DNA of 64,000 nt from the human T2T-CHM13v2.0 reference genome, Homo sapiens (GCF_009914755.1 NC_060947.1); one strand, 5' to 3'; counted from the first letter of the stretch, positions 45,870 to 62,556 are shown. A program made the numbers and translations. The notes: generated from the sequence alone by a model not told the origin.

Positions 45870-46625
45870 CGTCTGGCCCCAAGTGACTCTTCCACCCTCA
45901 GTTCCGTGGAATTCCTCTCTACCTTAAATGCTACATGTTCATCATCCCAGACCTGTTTCCAGGACATACCATGTACTTGCCTGGCCCCTGCTGTTTATCC
46001 ATGCTGAGCCTTTCCTTTCTGCCCTGGATACCCCCTCCCTGCTCATATTAACTGCAAAGCTCTTCCTCATCCTGCAAAGTCCAGCTTCAAGGTTATGCCT
46101 CTGGGAAGTCTTTTCTGACGTCATCAGGTAGAATCCACAACATTCAGAACCTAACTTATCTTTCATTAACAAAAATATTGGGCCAGCCATGGTGGCTCAT
46201 GCCTATAATCCCAGTACTTTCGAAGGCCGAGGCAGGCAGACCATTTGAGTCCAGGAGTTCGAGATCAGCCTGGGCAACATGGCAAAACCCTGTCTTTACA
46301 AAAAATACAAAAGTTAGCTGGGTGTGGTGGTGCACGCCTGTGGTCCCAGCTACTTCGGAGACTAAAGTGAGAGGATCACTTGAGTCCAAGATCAAGGCTG
46401 CTGTGAGCAGTGACTGCGCCACTGCACTCCAGCCTGACCTTGTCTCAAACAAACAAAAAAAATTAAATATTTGTCTCCATGTAGAAAATGAACATTTTGA
46501 AAGCACTGATAGTGCCTTAACTGTCTTTGCATCCCCAGCACCCACCTCAGCCCCTGTGTCTAGCACATGGAAGGTGCTCAATAAATGGAAATTGAGTGAG
46601 AAAGTAAATGAAGACTAACAACTGA
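45870..46625 (+). mobile_element. L2 3' fragment interrupted by an Alu
   Basis: cctctgggaagtcttttctga...tgcatccccagca...tagcacatggaaggtgctcaataaatgg. Confidence 0.55.
46181..46462 (+). mobile_element. Alu (AluJ-like) with a right-arm deletion
   Basis: Dimer; TSD aaatatt. Confidence 0.92.
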
Positions 46626-47229
46626 GTCAATGAATTAGATCACAGCAACTCTGCTTCATCTCCAAGGAAGTCTGCTCACATTATACTAAAGGAAAAGAAG
46701 AAAAAGTGTACTATTTGTGTCGTCTCTGATCTAAAGGCATGCCTGTAGGGATGGTTAGATGATTTATCTTCCTAAGAACAGTCTACTGTACATGGTAGTT
46801 TCACCACTCAAAGGCCCTTTCATCTAGAATATGTGGGGCTGAGTAAAAAATAAACAAGCACAGAGGATGCCAAGTTCTAATAGAACTTCCTTAAAGTCTT
46901 CAAAGATAAATGTGGGTATATCAACAGATATAGAGCTATAAAGAGGTCACAAATATTAACAAAGGCAAGAATCAGGTTTATGCTTACACTTCTGTTGTGA
47001 ACTGAAATGACATGTTGTTGGCAACTGAGATCTTTCTATCCCATATCATTACGGCAACTCAGTCAGAGGCATCAGGCATGGGACAGTATGGACAAAGCCT
47101 GGGGACAAGGGCACTGGGTTCTTGGTTTGTAGACGTGGGCAAGTCACTCAAACCCTCTGAAGGCGAGTTACTTAACTGTAGTCTCCTCAGCTGAGAAAAA
47201 GGTGATTGGACATGATGACCTGGGACTCA

Positions 47230-48045
47230 TCTGTGCCATTTCTTTCTCTCTCACTTCCCACATCCAACCAAGTTCCCAATCTACTTCTTAAATGTTTCCC
47301 TAATTCACTCACTTTCATCCATCCTAAACCAATTCAACACCATCTTGGTCAAAGATCACAGCAAGAACCTCAAAACCAGTCTCCAGCAATGTCATTTTTG
47401 TCTGCCTCAACCCAGAGAGCAAGTTCTACAGAGCATTCTTACTAAATGCAAGTCAGAGGTCTGCTCAAAACCCTCCACTGGCTTTCTGCTCTTCTCTGGA
47501 TTCAGAGTCAAATCCTTAACTTGGCTGTGCAGTAGCTTGCATGTCTCTTCCCTGTGCTTCTCTCCAATTTTATCTCAGACCCTCTCCCTTTCACTCCCTA
47601 AACCAAGGCCCCCCTGCTATACAACTGCAGGGGGGGACTGCTGTTGTATTCTGTGGAGCTGTGCAGTAGGCTGACCCTGCCTCAGCCCAGCCATGCTGGG
47701 TTTCTTCAGTGTCCTGAAAGGGTTGGTTCCCCTCCCCTCACTCTGCCACAGACACAATCTTTACCTGGTTAACTCCTGGGCATCCACTGGGCTTCAGCTT
47801 TAGTGTCACTTCCTCAAGCAAATATCTCAACCCTCAGACTAGGTCTTCTGGTGTGTTGTTCCTTCCCATGGACCACTCCCCTTCCCTCCAAATACAGCAA
47901 GATCTTTATAAAATAACTTGTTCAACAACTGTCTTGTTGACTATAAGCTACACTAGGGAAGGGATCATGCCTTTCTCGTCCTCTTCTACATTCTCAGCAC
48001 TGGGTGACAAACAGGCACCATAGGAATATTTCTTGAATGAATGAC
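47230..48045 (+). mobile_element. L2 fragment
   Basis: ctgctcaaaaccctccactggcttt...agtcaaatcctta...aatatttcttgaatgaatga. Confidence 0.55.
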
Positions 48046-49343
48046 TAGATGAATATTGATCTCTAAGTGCCCTTCCAAACCCAGTTCTCTCTGAATGTTT
48101 CCATCTTGCAGCCCCAATGAGGGTGTCTCTTTGGAGCTTTCTTTTGATGTCATTTGCACATTTATAGTATCAGTAGCAGAGTGGCACTGCTGATGTTAGA
48201 GACAAAACATCCAGTTTCTTATGTTCCATGGTCAGAGGACAGTTGGGGTTTGCCACTAGGCCAAACACTTCTTTTATCACTTTCTAGGAGGGAAGAATCT
48301 AACACGGAAAACCAAATGGAAGGCAGAAGATGTAACCATCTAAACACACGAACATAAATAGCACCCAAATTGACCCAGCTGTGCAGGAGGCTCTGGTGGG
48401 TGGGGGAACCCTCAGACGACATCCCCACCTTTGTGGGAACAGTGGGGAACATTCTGGTGAGAAATCCATCCCATCTTTCAGCAGGCAGATATTTTACCCA
48501 CACCCCTCCTGCTGAAATAATAAGACGATTCTCTAGTGACTAATGGATTTTAGCAAGTCATGTAAGACATTGATGCCATGAGCTTACCCTTTCTTTGAAG
48601 CCAGAAGGTGAAGTCTCTGTGTTTGAGTAACTGAAAGTAGATTTGGCTTAGGGAGAGATTTGCTTTGGCTGGTTGGGAGGTAGGTCTCTGAAAGAAGCCA
48701 AGTCCTCTGTTGACATAATGAGATACCCGGCTTCCTTCAAATCCTAATTATTGCTCTGCTAAAAATATTCGGTAATGAGCATGATCAGAGAACCTTTTTT
48801 ATCATGCTTTTCAGAATTGCGGCATTTGGTTATGGAGCTATTTTAAGAAGCAGCAAAGCACATGTTAATGAAGGAAACTTTCAACAGTAGTAGGCAATAT
48901 TAGAATGGTGATGAGTAATGTGGACCTTACAGTCTATTTAATTTAAGCTCCATCTTTTCATCCAGCTTTGCTAGAGGATTTTGACACATAGTTCTGACAA
49001 GCAGAGCAGAGTGTTGTAAAGCTTAAGTCATGCCCTTGATATCTCTGGTTTCATTTAAAGAGACTTTTGACTTTCAAAATAAGCCATGATTTGAGTATGA
49101 AAGCCAAATATGGATGCTGAGGCCATTTCTGAGCATCTTTCTCCCATGATGAATTCTGGCCTTCTCTACCTGGGTCCCAAATAGATCATTACTGTGATTC
49201 TCCCTCCTGCTAAGGAATCAGCAGAGCAGATTTGATGGAGCACAAGGAAGGGTCCTTGCACATAGGAAAAGTTACATCGAGTCTTAGCCTGTGCTACTAG
49301 GGCAAGTAAAATGCTACCTGACTATTCAATTTGGAAAGGGCAT

Positions 49344-49833
49344 TGTGGTGCATTAAAGATGGCCCAATTCCCTTCCCCTGGAATCTGGGCTGGCCTCAGT
49401 GACTTGCTTGTACCAAATGAACGTGGCAAAAGTAACTCTGTGTGACTTCCACGACTAAGTCAGAAGAAGCCTTGTGGCTTCTGTCAAGATTGCTTTCTCT
49501 CTAGATATTACCTTTCAGCTGCCATGCTGTGAGAAGCCCAAGCAACATGAAGAGGCCACCTGTATGCCCCAGTGGCAACTGCAACTGAGTGCCATGATCA
49601 TAGCCAGCATCCAAGGCCAGCCACGTAAGTGTACCACCTGGGAGCCCCAGCCCAGTCGAGCCTTCAGATGACCACAGCCCCCACCAACATCTGATTACAA
49701 CTGTTTGAGAGACCCCAAGCAAGAACTACCCAGCCAAGCCTCTGCTAAAATCCTGCCCCACAAAATCATGAGTGAAATCAAGAGGCTCTTTTAAGTCACT
49801 AACTTTAGGAGTCACTTTCTTATGCAACAATAG
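49344..49833 (+). mobile_element. MaLR solo LTR (MLT1G/H-like)
   Basis: tgtggtgcattaaagatggcc...gctgccatgctgtgagaagcccaag...cccagtcgagccttcagatgac...ttttaagtcactaactttagg...gcaacaatag. Confidence 0.8.
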
Positions 49834-50081
49834 GGATGCTGGATTGCTAGAGTTAGAAAAATGTTGGACTTGTTCCTACACCTAAACAACTGGAACTTGA
49901 CATTTTATTCCCCAAATCAGGAAAGCAACATATTCTTAGCTCACTGACAGCCACTCACCCAGAAAGAAAACTGCCACCAAATGCTTATTCCTATACACTA
50001 TAAGGTAGCCAAGGAACTACTGCCCCCAGGAAACACTGATTCAAGAAACCCTGGGGATAACTCAGCTGGATGAGAATGCCT

Positions 50082-50257
50082 GGTCCAGATCTTTGCTACT
50101 GTAAGTGAGGCCTATGGACCTACAGCATCTAACAACCTGAGAGCTCACTAGAAATGGGAATCTCTGGCCCCACCAGACCTACTGAATCTGAATCTGAATT
50201 TTCACAAGATTCCACAGATGATCTGAGGCATATCTAAGTTTCATAAGCACTGGTCTA
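50082..50257 (+). mobile_element. MER5-type hAT-Charlie element
   Basis: cagcatc..acctgagagctcactagaaatg..ccccaccagacctactgaatctgaatctg..aagtttcataagcactgg. Confidence 0.7.
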
Positions 50258-50315
50258 TAACAAATCCTTATGGCAATTTTAGGAAAGGAGCAGCTGGCTC
50301 ATAGTTCAGATCTTA

Positions 50316-50799
<484 letters not shown>

Positions 50800-51812
50800 T
50801 CAGGCCTCCCATTATCCAATGCTCTTGACTTCTCAGGAAGTCCTTCCTAAGAGGATGGTACAGTCCCCACCACCAGCCCTGCAGGGGATGGCATGGAGCT
50901 TCCCAGGCTGGCCCACAAGGAGTGTGAACCAACAAAAATGCCATCAGGGAGAATACATACATTTTATGTAACAATAATTTTTCAAAATAGTATCCAATGT
51001 TGTTTTCATTTCTAGGGATCATGTCTGTCCTGAGGCCCTGTTCCCATGGACACTGAGAACTCGATGACTTCAGGGGGAGGCAGATGAAGCTGAGAGTACA
51101 GGAGGCCGTGTTCAGCCTTCAACTTCTAAAACAGGCTCTTTTTAAGGCTCATTTAAAAAGAAGAGTTAAGAAAGGCAAGAATTCCACTAGGAAGAGCCAA
51201 GCTTTGAGGAGTATAAAAAGGGTATTATAAATCCCAGAAGTGTCTTTTGAACTATTAAGAACCAGAGGCTGAGTAGACTCAGGGTACAGAATGTTTGACT
51301 ATAAGCCCTGGAGTGTATATTAACCCTGGGAAGGCATGAAATTAATTAAGGGGCAGTTTTCTGCTCTCCAGGAAGAAGAAAAGCACCTCTGGGAGTTGAG
51401 GGGAGGAGTGCAGAGAGGGATTGGGAAGCGGACAGCAGAAATGAGAGAACAGGAGTGCGGTCTGTCCCTTGCTCTGACTCAGGTTCAAATACCAGGGGCA
51501 GGGGCAGGAAAGAGACCCCTTTAGAAAGCTCAGTGCAGGGCCACTGGCACCTTGTTTATGGCCAGGAATTTTGGAAAGAAATAGTTTTACAGAGGCCAAC
51601 ATGGCGGGCAGGTCAGACAGGGCCTGACATGGCTTACTGACATTGCCTGGTTTCCCTTGCCCTCTAGTAGATTATGGAGGACAGTTTTTAAATTTCCTGG
51701 GGACTCTCTAGAGGAATATGGAAGGAAGCCAAGATTTAAGATCAGCATGACTGCTGGGCAGCACACCTATAGCACAGGGAAGGGAATCCTGCGGCAGATG
51801 CTGTGGCCAGGA

Positions 51813-51870
51813 CAGGCCAAAGTGGGGAGGTGACAGTCTCAGGCCAAAGTGGGGAGATGACAGAGTCTCA
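51813..51870. repeat. 27-bp tandem duplication caggccaaagtggggag(g/a)tgacag
   Basis: Copies start at 51813 and 51840. Confidence 0.9.
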
Positions 51871-53528
51871 GAGGCTGCCACAGGGGTCTGGTAAGTGGGG
51901 CTGATGGCTAAGCAGGTCTTGAGACCTCACAACTAAAGATCCCCATCCCATGCCAGGCCAGAGTGCTCCAGAAACTTAGATCACCTCAGGAGAAAAAGGC
52001 AAAAAGTTTACTCTACACAGTCTAAGTACAAACCTAGAAGAGTCTGAATGATTTCACATGTCAAGTGTATTTTTTTTTTCTGTCAGCTGTGGAAATGGGG
52101 TTTCCTAGTTAAGTTTAGTTATGGAAACCACTTATGGCCCCCCAGTTGCTCCTTCCCACACAAAAGACCTGATCACGACACTCCCCTGCCTCAGAACAGT
52201 ATTTGGTTCCATGTAACTTCATATGGAAGCAAGCCTCAACCAGCTTGTCCTGCCAGTCTCCATCTCTGCCTCCCACCTCCACACACCCTACACTACATTA
52301 ACATGTTTATTTTCTCCAGACACGCTGTGCTTCATACAGTCCCACCTTCGAACATGCTGCCCTGGCCTGCTGTATTGTATATACTCTGCCACAGGCTGGT
52401 TATATTTTGGGTAATTATTTATGTCTGTCTCTGCTCTCTCTCAAGGGTGAGGTCTATGTCTTATTCATTTTCTCTTATACAATTCCTGGCTTATAGATGC
52501 ACTCAGGGGATTCATATATTAAACAATGACAGCCAAAACCATCCAAGATGGAACGGGCTGCCTCACAAGGCAGGGAGTTCTCCATCATGGGGAATGTAAA
52601 AGCATCAGTTCTGCCAGGAGCTGGCAATGATGCCAAGAAGGAGATAGGAGCCTGGGTCAGTGACCCTTAGGAGCCCATCCTACCTCAAGAATCTGAAGGT
52701 CCATGAGTACCAAGAAAAGGCTGTAGTGGCAGCAGGCTGAGTGGGAAATGGTGGGAGCAAGCTGAGTGGAGTCTCATTGGTCCCCAGGAGTGGGGAAGAT
52801 GGCTCTGATGGCACATGTCAACAATGGCTCTAGTATAAGCAGGGAGCACTAGACTTCTTGAAATCCCTATGCATATGGTAACTCACTATAGTATCTGCAC
52901 CTGCCAGATTATGGTTTAATGTATGTAGGAAGGTATGCATGGGTGTACCTACAGTGCCTATAGATGAGATGCATGGTAGATAGTAAAATAGCAGAAAATA
53001 AGCCAAGCCATTAAAACATTTACCCATTTTTTTTTGCCTCCACATATGGTACCTGATAATATTACTAACATGTGACAAGATGACACTAGAAATATGGCAG
53101 GACTAACTTTGGACAGAAGGAGTCCAGATTATTAACTAGCCAGTTATCTACCTGCTTCTGGAAGGAAATTTCTTGGGAGTATCCAATAATCTCATTGTGA
53201 AGACTTAATTATGAATGAGGAAAATGGCTGCCATTTAAGTAATGGGGTCCTGCACTTTTCGTCTGATGACCCCGGAAATTAAGCCTTAGACCTGAAGTTG
53301 AGCACTTTGGTGCTCAGGTTCATTCCTATATAAATACCTAAATGGTATCTGTGCCATAACTGAGCCTTAGCACATGCTAACAGTGGCTTGTAGAAGCCGC
53401 CTGGGGGACACCTAAAGTTGTAACTCCCTGTTTGTATACACTGCAGATGTCCCAGGGCAGACAGATGTCTCTTATTGCACCTGATTATTGTGATGTGGTT
53501 GACAGGTGAGCACAGGGGAATGCCTCAC

Positions 53529-53607
53529 CTGCTTCCTTTATGTGCTTGTAAACATCATCAGAGCCAGCAGAGGAATACGGAATGTCATCATGAGCCACAA
53601 AGTCAAT
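53529..53607 (-). CDS. PCYT1B: PCYT1B catalytic-domain exon [26 protein letters not shown](G)
   Basis: ctcttcaacag acceptor and gtgagg donor. 79 nt, phase 0-1. Lies inside ORF 53485..53778. Confidence 0.96.
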
Positions 53608-54916
53608 CTGTTGAAGAGAGAGAAGAGTGATGTCACCACTGGGATGGATGTGCATGTCTGCAGATTTGAAGGGGGGAATGGTGACTTCATAATGCCTTTT
53701 CAAAATAAGGCAGTTGTATGTTACATTTATAGTGGAGACCTGAATCCTTGGCTGAAATGTATTTCCAACTATTTTCATTTCTATGAGATAATGGGAACTA
53801 GAAGAATAAATGTTTTGGTTTCTCTCCTTTGCTGGTCCCTCTTTCTTGTCCTACCCCAGAGAGTAGGATTTCTTGGTCTTCTGTCCTTCTGCATCTAAAG
53901 TTTCTCCTTGAGAGAACTCATTAATTCTTTGAATTTTTATCATCCCTCCTATGATGAGGAACCCAAATCTTCATTTCCTGTCCCATTGATGGCAATGGGC
54001 ACTCACACTTAGGTCACATTTTATACTGTGAAAAGGAATTTGTCTCTTTCCTCATTCGATCCTCATAACCACCTTGTGAGGTGGGCAGGCCACATGTTAC
54101 TACTTCAGTTGGGACATAAGGTGCTGAAACTAGAAAATTTGTTAGATTTACCCAAGGCTTAAAGACTGGAGTGGGCCGCTGGGGCACCAGGCCATGTTTA
54201 GCGGGCTGCCAGGGCACCAGGCCAGGTGGGCTTAATTCCCACTGCATCCCTCTCTTTTACCACTTGCTGTCACTTTAAATCATCTTGTCCTGTCCTGTCC
54301 TGAATTTAATTCATCTTCCTGAAAACGAGTGACCCCTTCCAATGGCACTTTTATTTTATTTATTTTGGGTCTTGGGGAGACCCAAACCTTGGAATAAGCC
54401 TCTTTTCTCTACTTATTTCACTCACCCTAGGTTCTGCTGGGATGTGTGTGTGTGTGTGTGTTTGTGTGCACACATGCATATGTAGGTGTGTGCCCATCAT
54501 TTTCTCTCCATTGCAACTACACCAAATCCAGGACCTGGTCACCCAGATTACTGACACCAACTTGTATCTGGCCTTCCTCACTGTAGGCCCCCTCCTCTCC
54601 AAGCCATCCTGCTGTCACATGGGGTATCCTCCTTAAACAGGTTTTTTTGTTTTTGTTTTTGTTTTTTTCTGGTCATCCTCATGCCTGCTCATCTTTATTC
54701 CTGTTTCCTGCAACATCAAGCAAACACTCCTTGCCTAGATTTTAAAGCCCTGTATAACAAGCCCTTTATAATGGGGTTTCACTCTACCTTGAGAGGTAAT
54801 TTAGAGTAGCAGTAGTTAAATACTTGAGAGGTAGTTTAGAGATAGTTTAGAGTAGTATGATTCCCTGCCCCACTACTTGCTGGCTATATAACTCATAAGT
54901 TAGGGGAAAGATTCAA

Positions 54917-55117
54917 TTAGGATTTCTCAAGCTCAGTACTAGTGACATTCGGGACTGGAGAATTCTTTGGTGTCGGGAGTTGTCCTGTGCATTGGCACAT
55001 GCTTAGCTTTTACCCACTAGAAGCCGGTAGCACCCCTCTAGCTGAGACAACCCCAAATGTCTCAAGACATTGCCAAATGTTCCTCAGGGCAAACTCACCC
55101 CAGTTGAGAATCACTGG
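54917..55117 (+). mobile_element. MER20 DNA transposon nested in a MIR
   Basis: tttctcaagctcagtactagtgacatt...ggagaattctttgg...tgtcctgtgcatt...aaatgtctcaagacattgccaaatgt...ccagttgagaatcactg. Confidence 0.85.
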
Positions 55118-55889
55118 ATTAAATGACATAATTATGTAAAAATGCTGAAAAACAATTAGTACGGAGTATATCCTCAATAAATGTTTATTATTATTATTAT
55201 TATTAATTCTATTCTTAGTACTCAAACTTAGTTCCTTTTCCTCTCCAATGTATAATAACAACTTCTCAGGGTAGCTGTGAGATTGAATTCAATTCATATA
55301 ATGACAAGGCCCTTAGCACAGTGCCGGGCACATGGTAAATACTCAATAAATTACAGCCATCATTATCATTATAAGTATCCCCCATAATGCCTAGCACATG
55401 TTGAATATACAATAGATGCTTAGTAAAAATGTGGTAGTGATTACTGGAAGTAAATCATATTGTAGTTTTTCCTTTTTCTTTTTATTCTCACTGGGAAATT
55501 GTCTCTTCAGCTATTACTCATGCACATTTATCAGTGTTCTCTATTCTCTTCTGCATCGTGGCTTTAAAAATAGAAAAGAAAATTCTTAGAACAGCTTAAT
55601 CTTATTTTTTTTGTACTGCTTATAAAAGGAAAGAATAGCTCCTAATGTGGGGCTGGTAGGGAGATACAAAGCACATAATTTGATGCAGATCAAAAGAATC
55701 TCTCATGTTTCCAACTAATAAAAATCTTATGTCAGTAGGATTCTCAGGGTCACAAAATCATAGATATAAAGTTCTTTCTTTAAAGGCTGACCTGTGACTT
55801 TCTGGATAAGATGTGTGTTCATTTGTCCCATGAAAAAGAATGCCTGTGAATCGATAAGCATCAATAATGACGGTGGTGATGGTGGTGAC

Positions 55890-56110
55890 AATGACATTTT
55901 TGGAGCTCTTGCTATGGGCCAGCCAGTGTTCTAACTGCTTAACTAAGATTACCTCTTAGATCTTCAAAACACGTCCACAAGGAAGATACCAACATCATCC
56001 CATTTTACAGTTGAGGTAAGCGAGTACAGTGTGGTTAGATATCTTGTTCAAGGTCCCACAACTAGGAAGAGATAGAGGCAGGATTTGGACCTGGGCGGTT
56101 TAGCTCCAGG
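55890..56110 (-). mobile_element. MIR
   Basis: catcatcccattttacagttgagg...cttgttcaaggtcccacaactagg...gcaggatttggacc. Confidence 0.75.
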
Positions 56111-56310
56111 GCCCACACTCAAAGAAGTGAGAGGATACCAGTCCTCGGGCTTGGGCGGACGAAAGGTGCCACATCAAGCAGTTCCACATGACAGTTCCTG
56201 AAGTTACCTCTTTTAGAAATTGAGAGAGACTTTGGGCTTTCCGTAGTCTTGGCTGCAGAACCAGACTCCCTAATCTTGCTACTTAGAGAATGTGGGAGAA
56301 TGAGAAGTAC

Positions 56311-56462
56311 CTTGTGTTTTTCCAGAAACTCTGGCGTGAGTGTCCAGGGAGCATCTCTGATAACTTCGTCTACGTAGCGACAGTGTCTGAGAGCTTCGTA
56401 TCTCTCGGCTTCATTCATCACGGTGAAACCTTTGAATTTGTGGGTGAGATCATCACTGCAAA
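56311..56462 (-). CDS. PCYT1B: PCYT1B catalytic-domain exon (V)[50 protein letters not shown]
   Basis: ttgcctgttttag acceptor and gtactt donor. 152 nt, phase 1-0. Contains the RYVDEV motif. Upstream exons lie outside the window. Confidence 0.97.
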
Positions 56463-57034
56463 CTAAAACAGGCAAATGCATTAAATGCCATTACTCGGCC
56501 CAGGACCTGCTCACAGCCACCCTGGTTCAGACAAGGCTTCTTCAGCAGGACAAAAGAAGCACAGCCTCGCTAGGTGCTTGTCATAATTGTACTCAGTTTT
56601 TAAAGGGAACAAAGGATTTGGAGAGCAAAGTAAGCTAAAATCCACCGACAATTCAGAATTTCATTTTAATGCTAATTACATCTGCATTCTCCACTGTGGC
56701 TTCTATTAAAATTATTCTCTACACTACCTAATGTGACTTTCATATCTTTTTATTTTCCTATCCCACCCCTCAGTGAAAATTACCATTCAGAAATAAAATG
56801 ACCAAATGAACAGACACAGGAGGGAGAGAAGGAGAGGAACCAAGAGGCCTGATTTACAGGAGGTTTGAATGGTTTGAACAATCAGTTCCAATTATTTTAC
56901 TAGATTATTGTACTTTGTAACCCAAGTGTGAGACAGACAGACAGACACACACACAAATACATATACTTCTGTTCCCTGGATTGAGGGCCAGTCACTACAC
57001 ATCAGGTCACTCAATCAAGAGAAGAAAGTCATAA

Positions 57035-57380
<346 letters not shown>

Positions 57381-57673
57381 TCCACATCTCTTATATTTTC
57401 TAGATCTCAGGTTCCTGAACCCTCAAATGGGGATATCTTCCACTATCAGCCTTAGAAAAGATGTTTCGAGAACTTAGAAAAAAAGTGCTTTTAAACAAAC
57501 TGAACAATAAATACTATTCACTATCCTATCTTTTGGTTGGCCAAGGCAGCTTTCCTAAGATCTCCTATGTGTCAGGAAGAAATATCATTGTGGGTACAGT
57601 CCCTGTTTACCAAGATCCCAGTGAGAGCCTTGCGGTGGCCAGTCAGAACTACCCTGACTGCTCTTTGCAATGA

Positions 57674-58010
<337 letters not shown>

Positions 58011-58049
58011 AACAAATTCACTAATGTTAAGTGTACAATATGTGTTTAA

Positions 58050-58562
58050 TTTAAAAATTTTAATTGATGCATAATAATTAACATATTTATGGGGTAGAGG
58101 GTGATGTTTCCATGCATGTATACATTGTATAATAATCTAATCAGGATATTTAGCATATCCATCACCTCATACCTTTATCATTTCTTTGTGGTAAGAACAT
58201 TCAAAATTCTGTCTTATAGCTATTTTGAAATATACAATATTGTTAACCATAGTCACCCTAATGTGCAATAGAACACCAGAACTTATTCCTCCTAACTGTA
58301 ACTTGGTACTCGTTGATGAACTTCTCCCTGTCCCCCGTCATCTACCTTCCCCAGCCTCTGGTAACCACTGTTCTACTCTCTGTTTCCATGAGATCAGCTT
58401 CTTTAGATTCCATATATAAGTGGTATATAAACACAAAGAAATACTATTTAGCTATGAAAAAGAATGAAATCCTGTCATTTATGGCAACATGGATGGATCT
58501 GGAGGTTATTTTGTTAAGTGAAATAAGCCAGACACAGGAAGACAAATACTGCCTAATCTCAC
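58050..58562 (-). mobile_element. 5'-inverted L1MA-like insertion
   Basis: 58050-58420 is an L1 3' end on the - strand; 58421-58562 is the adjoining upstream L1 segment on the + strand. TSD acaa(t/g)atgtgttt(t)aa. Confidence 0.85.
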
Positions 58563-58679
58563 AAGATGTGTTTTAAGAACAAAAATATGATCATTTTCTT
58601 GGAACTGAATGATGACCCACACCCAGAATCAAATCTGGCCACAGAGTAAGCACAGCCAACAGTCACACTCAGCATCCTT

Positions 58680-59525
<846 letters not shown>

Positions 59526-59528
59526 TAA

Positions 59529-60225
<697 letters not shown>

Positions 60226-60269
60226 TAAAAGTTTATATTACCAAAACAACATCAACCATATGTCTGGCC

Positions 60270-60440
60270 TGAAAACTGATGAGTATCAGAATCACCCAAG
60301 GAGCTTGTTAAACACATGTAAAGAAACCCAGCTCACTCCCTGAGATTTTTGATTCAGTGAGTCTGTAGTGGGGCCCAGATAGCTCTGTCTTTGACAAGCT
60401 TCAGAGATGATTCTGATGAAGACAACATTTGAAAACCCTG
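60270..60440 (-). mobile_element. MER5-type element
   Basis: atcagaatcacccaaggagcttgttaaa...gattcagtgagtctg..gtggggccca...gatgattctgatg. Confidence 0.65.
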
Positions 60441-61149
60441 AAGCATATTATAAATAACTTGAGTCAAGAGCTCTGCCTGTCTTTAAATCACCCATTATGC
60501 CCAGAGGTGGGGGGGAAGGTGGGCAGGAGGGACAGGTAGTAGGGCCATAATAACTATGTGTTGATTTATTGACTATATTAGTTTTTGACCCCATAAACAG
60601 GAATTCTTTATGGGCCATGCAATATGATTTCAAAACCAATCTAAGACTTTTTGAATGTTCTTTTAGGACCTTATTAAAATACCACCCTGAGAATCATATT
60701 GAGCAGAAATGGATTTCAGATTCATCCATTTTCCATTTTCTATTTTAAACAGCACAAAACTAGGCCGTGCCACATCCTCCCCCTTTCTGAATCTGCACCT
60801 GAGCAATTTGGTATAACTTCTACATGACCGAGATAATGGCCTACTGATAGAGCACAAAGAAAACAAACATCCTGTTTATGCCAATACAGGGTCCTATTTT
60901 CCTATCCCAGGAGTGACCTCAAGAAGCAGCTGAACATGCTGACCAGTTATTGTCTAAACATTAATTACGCCCAAAGCAGCACTGTTGTTCTTGAGTCTTG
61001 GCAAATGCACTCTGACAACCAGATGGAGAGCTCTGGGCAGCGGTATTCCATGGATGAATTCATTGAGCTATCTGGGAACTCATGCTGCAACTAACCTATG
61101 CTGGCAGCTCACTGTGCTCCCACAGGAGAGAAAATACAACATAGGAATT

Positions 61150-61320
61150 GAGCTTGGGAGCCCAACAGACTCGGGTTCTAATCCCAGCTCTGCTATTACC
61201 GGAAAAGTTACTCAAACTCTCTGAGCCTCAGTTATCTGGTCTTTAAAACATGGTGAAGTTTTGAGAATTAAATTTGATCATCTTTATGAGCAGAGAGTAA
61301 TGCTGAATAATGTTAGCCAT
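61150..61320 (+). mobile_element. MIR
   Basis: gggttctaatcccagctctgc...agttactcaaactctctgagcctcagtt...gagaattaaat. Confidence 0.7.
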
Positions 61321-61875
61321 TTACGAATAGTAGTAGGAAAATACGATCACTCATGGATCTATTCCTTCAGATTTTGTGTTCTGTCTTTTCCCTGCCCCCT
61401 ACTCCAAGCAGGTATGAGGGCCCCGTGGTACAGACTCCTTTGTAGGTGCTGTGAGCTCAAGTTGCTAGTAGACAGCCTGCCTTCCTGGCTGCTGTTTTCC
61501 TGAAGCCAGAGCAACTTGAGGGGTATTCTGGAAAGAAGAAGACAATGAGAGAGGAGATCTCTCCAAATTGCAGGGAAAGGGCCAAATGTCTATGGATCCC
61601 ACAAGCAGCAGATGCCAGTGGCAGGACCTCAAGAGAGATGAGAATGTGAGGCCCTAGGCATGGGAGTTCTACCTGGGAACAGACTGCAGGTGACTGAACT
61701 GTGATAGGTGCAATGAATCTGCTCCCTTCTAGTAATTATCTGGGCTCAGACAGTGAGGGCAGTGCAAAAATAGCCCTGGGTTGAAGACTGGAGGCCCCGC
61801 TCCTGTTTCTATAAACATTGTGGACACTTGTTTGACTCTGGGGAGGTAAAGAGAGCCCAGTAAAGTCTGAGACTA

Positions 61876-62202
<327 letters not shown>

Positions 62203-62556
62203 TCAGGCAAAAGGGACTCTTAAAGAATATTTAGTTCCAATTAAAATATAATAAAATAAACACAAGTTTGTGGAGTAATCTTTATGTCTTCTATAGTAGT
62301 AGTAGTATGTTTACTGTTGTTATTTTTATTGCCCTCCTGCGAAGCAGAGGTGGCTATTTGGTGACTCTTTAAAAATTTTTTTAGGGAAAAAAACACACTA
62401 GTATAAATTTTAATTCCTTGGCCTGTTTTTAAATGACACAAACTTGTAAATTAAAATGAAGGAAAAAAGAGCTTTACAAGTGGAGAGTCTCAATTCACTA
62501 AAATAATGCCAACAAGGTAAGCTTGCATAGAAGAATTTTCAAATTATTACTGGCTA

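Noticed and set aside
52048-52599. 183-aa ORF, the longest without Alu or simple-repeat content
   Set aside because: It overlaps degraded L2-like sequence antisense within a PCYT1B intron and has no recognisable domain. Likely a chance ORF.
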